Under the pieces are notes generated by a model. That model worked only from the letters and a program-made list of their open reading frames with translations. It had not been told where the DNA came from and made no database searches. The position numbers and the translations under genes are program-made. Of a DNA stretch of 64,000 nucleotides, positions 55,393 through 64,000 are shown one piece after another; position 1 is the stretch's first letter; each line of letters opens with the position of its first letter. The DNA is from Felis catus (taxonomy: Eukaryota), in NCBI RefSeq assembly GCF_018350175.1, contig NC_058382.1, positions 61,382,001-61,446,000 on the forward strand, in the 5' to 3' direction.

Positions 55393-58300
55393 ATATATAT
55401 ATATATAATTTCACACACACGTCTTCTTTATCCATTTGTCACTCGATGGACATGCTACAATATACACTAACCTTGAAAACGTTATTCCAAGTAAGCCAGA
55501 CACAATGTGTCACACACATATTTGTGTGACAGGACTGACAAATCCAGAGACATAAAATAGATTCAGGGTGGCCAGGAGCTGGGGGACAGGGAAGGAATGG
55601 AGACACTGATTTCATTCCGTGCACACATACTCGTTTATCCCTCCCAAGAGAAAAACTGAGAACAAGAGGCCTGGCCCCAACGTCCGTTTGCCTGGTGCCG
55701 TACGTGCTGCTCCCAGCCACTAGGCGCTGGTAGGAAGAACTCCAGTGCTGTTGGTTGTACTGAAACGTGAGTTCGTAAGAATTCCGCTAACCAGGCGATA
55801 CGTTTACAGATCCTTGTGGAGAAGAGGCGCAGCGGGAGGTAAAGGGGAACAAGGGTAACAAGACTGGTTTTCTAGGATGGAAGTAATACATCCCCCAAAA
55901 TGTGGAAAATGGAATTGATTTTACTCATCATCTTCACACAACAGGAGGACAAAGATGCTAACGGCCCAGCCCAGCGGGCACGGTACGGGAGCTCTGCTCC
56001 ACAGCAGTGAGCCCACGTCCGCACTGCAGCCCTCTAGGAGGGTACCACCGGCCGCCCGCTTCTTCCACCCTTTACGCTTACGACCCACATGTCGGATGAC
56101 AGCAGAAAGACAAGTCACTGCCGCTGGCAAATCTGCACACAAAGAAGACGGATCCAGAAAGCTTACCTTTACTCCGCACAGACTCAGACCCACTAGCAGG
56201 ACGTGTTCAGTTGTGCTTTGTCAAACACAAAGTGGACAGACAAAACACCTTGGAAGAATCAAGACTAAAAGTAAGATGCTTTTTGGCATCAGCCTTCCCA
56301 ACCTCTGGCAGAAGTCTATCAGCACGTCGACAAGAACCGTGCACGCCACCTGCAGGTCCCCGTCGCAGCCGCCCGCAGCCGAGGGCCTGGGGAGGAAGTA
56401 CTCATGGATCGCCCACTGCTGGAAGTCCCACCTGCAACAGCAAACACCAAGGTCTGTGCTGGGAAAGGCTGTAAACCGGTGGTGCCGGGAGCCAGGACGA
56501 GAGCCCACAGCCAGCGGCACAACAATGGCGGGTGGCGAGATCTGGGGCTTCTGGGTGGCGGAAAGGCCCTCTACTGCAATCAAGGCCTCCTCGGGGGCCA
56601 TCCCCAGGGTCGTGATTCCAGGGTCCGTCAGCAAAGATGCCCACATCTGGCCCAGACTCTGCAGGTGCTCATGGGAAGGATCCTGAGGATGTACTAACTA
56701 AAGCCGCGGCAAGAGAGGCACATGACACTGTAGTCTATTTATGCAGAAAGAGCCACGAGTAAGACGTTTCCATAAACCCACAAGTGGGCAAGGAACAGAG
56801 GTTATAAAGGCTGGTGCTTCGCCCAGGCCATCTGAAGCTGTTACACAATGTATCTGAGCACTGCCTGTTGAATGAAAACAGAAAAGGTCTAAGCACAACT
56901 TAGCACACAGTGACCTGAGGGTAAGAAATGCTTATTATGGATCCTCACGCCAAAAAACAAATTCCTTCTTTTCCTTTTCCCAGTGGAAAGAGAGGAGGGA
57001 GAGCGGGGAGACCCCAGGGCGCGTGCGCCTGCGCAGAAAGCACTCACAGCTGGCTGCACACAGACCCGAGAAGCAAGCAAAACATTCACCTTGTCGGAAA
57101 AGCAGTTCTTTCCACGGTTCTGACTTCCTCTGCAATCTGACACCACGGGACAGAATCCTCCCCAACCCCCCCGACCCCCGGCATGCGAGCCGCATCTCTG
57201 ACTGCACAGGGACAGTGGCTCAGGACGGCTCACGCTGACCCCTGCCCTCCGCTGCCCCCAGGGTCCCTGTGCCCCACCAGCTCCATTGCACCTACAGCAC
57301 ATTTCCCTCTCTGACTCCCACAGCCCCACATGCAGGGGCTGGTCAGCACCCCACGCTCACGCCCAGAACAGCACATCCCCCGTCCCTATGGTCTGAGTAA
57401 CTGGCCCAGGGACCTGCTCCACCAGCTCAGAGCCAGTACTGCACACGGCACCCGTCAGCCCTGTGCCTGCCCAGCCGGCCGCGCCAGCTGAGAACTCTGG
57501 CAAGCTCCCTCAGGACCCCAGAGGGCCAGGACTCCACCACAGCCGCTCACGACAGTCGCCCCGCCTGCTCTTCTCCCACCTGAGGCACCTACATCTGCCC
57601 CTGATGCACCCCTAACCGTGGGGTCCTGAGTGTGCGTCCCTACTTCTAATCCATTTTGTCTGCCCGCCTGCTTGCCGCCCGGCCTGCTCAGGTTTACACC
57701 TGGCGAGGATGCCCAGTCAGGGGCGTTGGAGTAGAAGCGCACAAAGGTACCAGATGGGCAGACTTGTCTCATCACAACGCACTTCCCAGTTTCTAGAACA
57801 TTCTAGAAGTGCGTGGCACACACTAGGAGCTCCATAAACGTTTCTTGAATTAAGGAATGAATGAATGAAACTGTGCTCATAGGTGTATATATCAAATTGA
57901 ACACTGAGATGTAACGACAAGACTTAGGCTTTAAGACAATGCATAAAGCCTTGTACCACTGTCAAGGGCAGATCCCTTTCAACACTTACCTTTCTGTATC
58001 TGAAAGACAGTCGACCTCAGGTTGAATTTCTAGTTCCAGCCGTAACCAGTCTCTGTAAGTTAACTGAGAGAAAAAGGACCAAATGAACACGACGGTGAGG
58101 ATGGGACGCGGAGAGCACAGGTCAGCTTTGTAAGTCTGCTGCACAGTCCCTCCGATGTCACACATCGCAGCAGAAAGACTCAGGGGAAGACCGCAGTGCC
58201 TACACTTGTGTCCGTTCTCAGCTGCTTCCTGCCGACAGACTGAGGTGCTGGCACCAAGCCCCCACATATTGCTTAGGTTACGTCTGACTGCGAAGCTGAT

Positions 58301-61300
58301 GAAACATTTCAAACTGGCACTTTTAAACTGAATTCTCCAGCATACCGCCTGGTTCTGAAGTTGATCCGCGGCATCTGCAAACCTCTCAGGTTACTGCACA
58401 ACAGAGGCAGGAAATAATCTTCTAGTCCACTTGAGTTGGGCAAGTTAACTAGAGAATAAATGTGTAGAAACATGCTCCAAATATCCCTGGTAGCATATTT
58501 CTTAATTTAAAATTCCTGGGGGGGCGTCTAGGGGGCTCAGTCCGTTAAGCGTCTGACTCTTGATTTTAACTCAGGTCACGATCTCACAGTTCGTGAGTTC
58601 ATGCCCCATGCTGGGCTCTGTGCTGACAGTGCGGGGCCTGCTTGGGATTCTCTCTCCTTCTCTGTCCCTCCCCAACTCTCTCTCTCAAAAAAAATAAACC
58701 TTAAAAAGTAATAAAATTCTTGGAACAATTCCACTCATTAACACGAACCAATCTCAAAACCTCGCAGTGTGTGTGAAAAGGCACATCACAGAAACACGCG
58801 CACAGCACGCTGCCTACGTGTGAAGACCAAAGCCCGGCGATGTGGAGCAGGTAAAACCAAGAGAAGCACGTCCATGGTCACCCACAGGCGGGACAGCAGC
58901 CCTGAGCCACCTGCTACGCTGCAGGTGGGCGGCTAGCGTTCCCTGCTCTTGACTCGTTATGTCGCACAAAGACTGTCCCACTTGCTCTGGGGTCATTCAT
59001 GGGATTAACAATAGCAGAATTGAAAAAATATATGATAAAACAATTGGGAATTTTTCCTCTAAAGACCAAAATAAGGAGATAAACATCCACGGAATAAATG
59101 AGAAGTTATGAAGAGGCAGCGTGGGCAGGGGGGCCGGAGCAGGCCAGGCTCACAGTGACGTTGCCCAGAGGAGCCCACCCCAAACGGGAGCCTGGCAGGT
59201 AGGTGTGAGGTATGTTTCATTCACCCTCAAAATCTTCCACAAAATGTTAGTGCCGAGGAAAAGTGGGCAGAGTGGAAACGACCTTTCTAATTTCTTACAA
59301 CTGTGTGAATCTGCAACGATCCCAATTAAGGATTTCAATCAAAGCCACTTCTGGGCTCCTCCAGGGTCACTGGGTCAGGCCCAGCTGCCTGCCCGCCATA
59401 TCCTCAGGAGGCCCCCAATCTCCCCGCAAACTCGTGAGTTAGAATGAGGGGAGAGGCAGGAAAGGGGCAGCGGGACCTACGTGAAATTCTTTCTCCTTCA
59501 ACAGTTCCTGGAAGGTTCTCTGTTTCCACAGACAGAGGGCGGCTTGCTGCCAGTCTGCAGAGGGCTGGCACAAGGGCCTCCAGGGAGGGTCGGCTGTGTC
59601 CTCCGGACCAAGGGGATCTCGGGCTTCTGGGAACAGTCTCAGTATAATGAACTGAAACTGAAGAGAGACAGTGTCACATGGGTCTCAGTAACCCGGCCGT
59701 GCGCAGGGGGCAGGGCAGCCCGAAGACCCTGGGCCATACCCCTGTCGCGGCCTGCACCCCGTGTGCAGTTACAGAGGGCACGTCGGTCAGCAGCCCTGTC
59801 CGTAAATCCTAACACCTGAGGCAGAAGTGCGGGCTCCAAGCTGCCCTCCACACGGCGGTGGTGACCCCACGGCAGCGAACGGTGGTCTTCCCAGACCGCT
59901 GCTGGCACCAGAGATTCCACTAAGAGAGGGTGCCGACCGGACAAGCAAAACACTGTCGGTGAATTAATTTATTTATCTCTGCCATTAGGAGATTAGACTT
60001 CTTCCCATGTTTACTGAGCTGAGGGGGTGGGGGGGAGGGCCCCCAGGGACACGTGGAGTCAGGGACTTCCTTGTCTGGGCCACTTCTAATCTCTGTTCCA
60101 TGTTTCAAAATGTTGGCAGCTGGGACTAAGTTCCTCAAACCCAACGATGGGGGCACAAGTGTGCCCGGACCCCACTTCACCCTCCGGGGAGGGCCAGCCC
60201 AGCGGATTCTAATGGCGCCCGCAACGGAGATGTGCACCGAACACCATGAGATGTCCCTTAAAACTCCGCCCGAGTAAGAATGCTGGTTCCCACTGTAACT
60301 TCAAACTCACTTTTGCCACTGAGGCTTCTGACACGCATCTTTAAATTTCTCTGGCCTTAGAATAAATATAACAAGCATTCACTAGATGAGGGAAGTCTCT
60401 GGACAAAACTCAGAATTCTTCTTTAAATAAGAAGATACTTTTCATGAATATTTACCTTTTAATATACCTATTTTACAAAAATCAGTATCTATTTCTTTTA
60501 AAAATGGGACGTACGTTTGGGGGTGCCGGGGTGGCTCAGTCAGTCAAGCCTCAGACCGTTGATCTTGGCTCAGGTCACAATCTCACCATTTGTGAGTTCG
60601 AGCCCCACATCAGGGTCTGCGCGGATAGTGTGGAGCCTGCCTGGAATTCTCTCCCTCCCCCCCTTTCTGCCCCTCCCCAGCTTGCTCTCTCTCTTTCAAA
60701 AAATAAATAAGTGAAAACAACAAAAAGTAAATAAAAAAAACATTTAGAATGAATAAGGGAGGGAGGGAGGGAGGGAGGGCGGGCGGGCAGACGGGGGTGC
60801 GAGGGAGGGAGGAGGGGGGAGAGAAGAAGGAAGGAAGGGGGAAGGGGGGGGAGGGAGGAAGGGAGTGGGGGACAATTGTGGTCTTTGTCATCTTTCATCC
60901 CTTCATCTTAACTCTGAGAACAGAAGAAAAACGCAGCGTTCAGCCCAGAGAAGAGATGATCTGATAACTAACCAGCACACCGGGCACAAAGAGACGTGGG
61001 TGGGCAGACAAGAGACCTCCGACGTTTGGCTAGAAACCTGCGTTGAAACGGGAGACTCCAAGAATAGGGAAAAGGGACTGCACAGACTCACCTTCTTCAC
61101 GAGGGCTGGAGACAAGCAGGTGCACAGAGTATCCCGTGATAAGGAAGAATATTTACACAAAGAGTAAGAAATCACCGCTGTACAAAATCTGAAAATAGAA
61201 AATAATGTAGAAATGTGACCCGTGCGTAACAAGGAATGCAATAAAAGTGTGAATTTCACCCAAGTGAACTGAGTGCATTCTAAACCAGATGGCCTGAGGA

Positions 61301-64000
61301 TTAGCCCCTGGCCTCTACTCCAGGCCAGGTCAGCTCCCAAGGCCTCGGGGAAACGCCCCCAAGTCACAACCGTGGATCTGAGCTCTATCTACACTGAAGG
61401 CACAGACCCAGAGAACACACAAACAGTAAGACTGTGCAAATAAGGGCTTGCGGTCACTGCACGCCGAAGAGCCACAGCCAGAACAGGGCACCCGGGTGAC
61501 TCGGTTGAGCGTCCAACTTGGTTTCAGGTCATAATCTCACAGTTCATGGGTTCGAGCCCCGCGTCAGGCTCTCTGCTGTCGGCACAGAGCCTGTTTCGGA
61601 TCCTCTGTCCACCACCGCCCCCCCGCCATCCCTTCCCCACTCTCTCTCAAAAAATAAACATTAAAAAACAAACAAAAAAAGCCGTCTTCAGGACAAGAGA
61701 ACAGCACACCCACGTTTAAACTCAGCCTCACTCAGGGGGAGCCTCTGCCCGCCTGTGGTGGGTTGTGAGGCGTTGAGGGGAAGGGCCCCACGAGAAGAGA
61801 CTGACCGTGGGGCCCAGGGGAAGTCAGGACTGACGCCAGCAGGGCCTGCCTGTCTGTGCTGCCCAAAGCCCGAGAGGCTGGGCCGCTGTGCTTCCCGTGG
61901 GGGTGGCACAGGTGTCGGGGGCCGTGGTCCAGGGCAGGCGTTGTGTTCTCTCTCCTCGCCCAGTTACGATCCCCTTGTGCCTTCTGTCAGTTCTTCCCAT
62001 GAACTGCGGTCCCAGCCCCTGTGCACAACTCTTCCGGAGCCTCCTGGCTCCCGCCCTGACCCTTCCTCTATGTACCTTGTACCCGCTTCGGCCTAGACTC
62101 CCAGGGCCCTGCCCCAGCACCTGCCACGCTGCGTACGCCACACTATCAACTTGCCAGGTGCCTCCACACAGAAGGCAGGGGTGGGACTCCACCCCAGTCC
62201 TGGAATGGGTCTGGCCCACAGCGGTGAATGAGGAGCAGTAGGGGTACACGCTGGCACAGATCTGTAGAATGATGGGTCCCGAAACCCTTTGAGACAAGTC
62301 TCTCTACATAGGGCAGCTCCACCTGCAGGTTCTCACTCCAGAGAAGCAGCTGCTAACCACAGGGGAGCCAGGGACGGGTCCCCCCACACGCCAGGCGCCC
62401 CCAAGACAAAACCCGGTAGTGCTCACAACCCTTCCCAACGTGGAAGGACGTCTACAGTCTGTCGTTAACGTCTTCAGAAGCAGTTTTTAAAGTAGCACTA
62501 CCTCGTTTTTGTAAACAAAGAAACACAGACACATAAATACAACGTAAGACTCCAGAATGATTATCCGTGGAGCATGTCTGTGTTGGCCAATTGCATTTGG
62601 TGAGTATATGACTTCTGTCCAGCACGGGGAGGCACAGCGGATGTGAGGGCAGCTCACTTCAGGCAGAAGAGCGAGGTCTCCGAGGTCCTAAACGTCAGGA
62701 GGCTACTGAAGAACTCTGCCACGGACAGGCCCTCGGCGGGGGCAGGGAGGCCCACATGCACCTCTGGGAGCACAGACCTGGACTCGGCCAGGTGGACGAC
62801 CAGGGCGGCCAACCCCAGCACGTGGGAGGCACTCAGGCTTGGGCCCTGAAACGGGAGAGAGTGTTTCTGCAGGAAGGAGGGCAGAGCCCACTTCCCAGGC
62901 AGGCGGACAGAGGTGGCGGCTGTACCTGGTGACGGAGCAGCTGGCAGAGCCTGGTGAGCACGACAGGAAGGAGCCTGCGTCCACACATGGCCGTCACTAA
63001 GCGAGAAGCCCAGGGGCCCTGCCTGCAGAGACAGCCAGAGACCAGCAGTCTGGCCACTCCTGGCCCTGCACGGCCCTCCCACGGATTCTTCCGGAGGAGC
63101 GAAGGGGGCCCGAGAAAGATGTAGGCTGTTCCCCCAACGGCGAGGTCTCCGGGGGAGATGCTTCATCTCCGCTGAGTCTCCGCACTGCCCCTTCACCCCA
63201 CCTGGGACCCCCAACCAGTACAGAAGCCAGAAGGCAGGATCCAGGACCAAGGGTCAGAGGTCGACAAGGAGTGGGCAGCCCTGCCCCTCATCACAGAAAA
63301 CAGGGAGAAACCCCACTCCCCGAGGGAGGCCTGCTCCGAGCACCCCGGCCGCCCCCAGCAGAGCCCCAAAGCGCCCGGTGAAAACCCCCAGCCTCTACCT
63401 GTCTGGCGAGGCGAAGCTGGAAGCTACGATCAGGTTCTGACAAAAACACGTCAGCAGGAGGTCCGCGACCTGAGAGAGACAGATGGTCACCGAGAGCTCA
63501 GAGTCCCCGAGAGCAACGTGTGAGTAAGGCAGGCCTGCGTCTGGAGAGGAAACCATCACACCAACTGGCGCCAGAACCCCATTCCCACGTCCTGGGAGAC
63601 AGCAGGCCAGGCGTTGTGAAATTTCACAGCAGAGAACAGGCTCAGCACACCTCGCCCGCACAGGGCCAAGGAGCAAACTGTTTTAGGCTCCGGGGCCACA
63701 GACGGGTTCCACTGTGTGTTCTCCTCTAGAAATTTAAAAGGTCTGTACACAAACAGGCTGGGGCCGGCTGAGCCCAGGCCCGACACTGCCCGGCTCCCGG
63801 GTGTCGTTTCCACGCACACGGTTCGCCTGGCAAAACACGGGGTGGAGAGGAGGCCCACACACCCGGGACTTCTTACACAATCCGGCCCCACTCGGCAGCA
63901 TAGGCCAGGCATCCCACACTCACCTCCTGTTCCTGCTGCTCCAGGCCTGGCGTGAGGACGCTGAGCTGAATCTGCGATCCGCCAGAGCTGCCGTCCTCCT
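43384..64000 (-). CDS. FANCA: Fanconi anemia complementation group A protein, 3' portion (partial exon 23 through exon 43)
   Basis: Exons 64000-63924 (partial), 63469-63399, 63022-62926, 62845-62658, 61188-61092, 59657-59481, 58063-57990, 56431-56303, 52554-52470, 50705-50539, 50017-49912, 48944-48888, 48738-48634, 47735-47623, 46723-46585, 45359-45282, 44992-44890, 44420-44345, 44099-43943, 43791-43699, 43491-43384 (TGA) keep frame. Recognisable peptides: [56 protein letters not shown]-terminus [12 protein letters not shown]. Confidence 0.96.
45398..45525 (+). mobile_element. CAN-SINE (internally deleted)
   Basis: ggggcgcctcatggctcggctcagctcatgacctcacggttc...gagcctgcttgggattctctc...aaaataaata. 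Confidence 0.8.
46055..46230 (-). mobile_element. CAN-SINE
   Basis: tttatttagagagagag...gaatcccaagcaggctccacgctgtcagcacag...aaacgcttaagcgactga. Confidence 0.85.
48170..48300 (+). mobile_element. CAN-SINE (5' truncated)
   Basis: ctcgggtcgtgatctcccggttc...ctctgtgctgacagcgtggagcctgcctgggattctctctctcaaaataaac. Confidence 0.8.
52033..52412 (+). mobile_element. Two nested CAN-SINEs (second, about 52164-52363, inserted in the CT tail of the first)
   Basis: Two heads, ggggtgcctgggtggct and ggggcgcctgggtggctc; the first element's tail resumes at ~52365. Confidence 0.85.
52690..55620 (+). mobile_element. Old LINE-1 fragment in FANCA intron 30, interrupted by a SINE (about 53980-54194, -), a younger L1 3' end (about 54750-55449, -) and a further SINE (about 54975-55153, -); (TA)n at about 55350-55407
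   Basis: ORF pieces [16 protein letters not shown] and [48 protein letters not shown] are L1 ORF2-like; target-site duplications visible. Confidence 0.9.
57790..57870 (+). mobile_element. L2 3' end remnant
   Basis: gtgcgtggcacacactaggagctccataaacgtttcttgaattaaggaatgaatgaatgaa. Confidence 0.6.
58518..58712 (+). mobile_element. CAN-SINE
   Basis: gggcgtctagggggctcagtccgttaagcgtctgactcttg...cttgggattctctc...aaaataaac. Confidence 0.88.
60519..60870 (+). mobile_element. CAN-SINE (about 60519-60750) followed by a purine-rich (GGGA/GGAA) low-complexity tract
   Basis: SINE head, CT region and A tail; 60757-60870 is almost entirely G/A. Confidence 0.85.
61487..61680 (+). mobile_element. CAN-SINE
   Basis: gggcacccgggtgactcggttgagcgtcc...gggttcgagccccgcgtcaggctct...aaaaataaacattaaaaa. 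Confidence 0.88.

Overview
Mammalian genomic DNA from a feliform carnivore (cat-like tRNA-derived CAN-SINEs throughout), with the gene order of the human 16q24.3 block. It contains CDK10 (+, exons 2-13; exon 1 lies upstream of the window), SPATA2L (-, complete), VPS9D1 (-, 15 coding exons, complete), ZNF276 (+, 11 coding exons, complete) and the 3' half of FANCA (-, part of exon 23 through exon 43, human numbering from memory). All exon chains were read by hand and keep frame. I found no novel multi-gene system; the notable signals are at the splicing, repeat and antisense level. They are: a ~3 kb G-rich minisatellite in CDK10 intron 3 built from the exon-4 splice acceptor itself; a U12-type intron in VPS9D1; two GC-AG introns in FANCA (one with a competing GT donor giving a premature stop); an apparently shifted FANCA exon-38 donor; tail-to-tail overlaps CDK10/SPATA2L and ZNF276/FANCA; a ~600 bp C/T expansion inside a SINE; and an unexplained spliced-looking minus-strand unit between VPS9D1 and SPATA2L. 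Repeat boundaries are approximate, read by eye.
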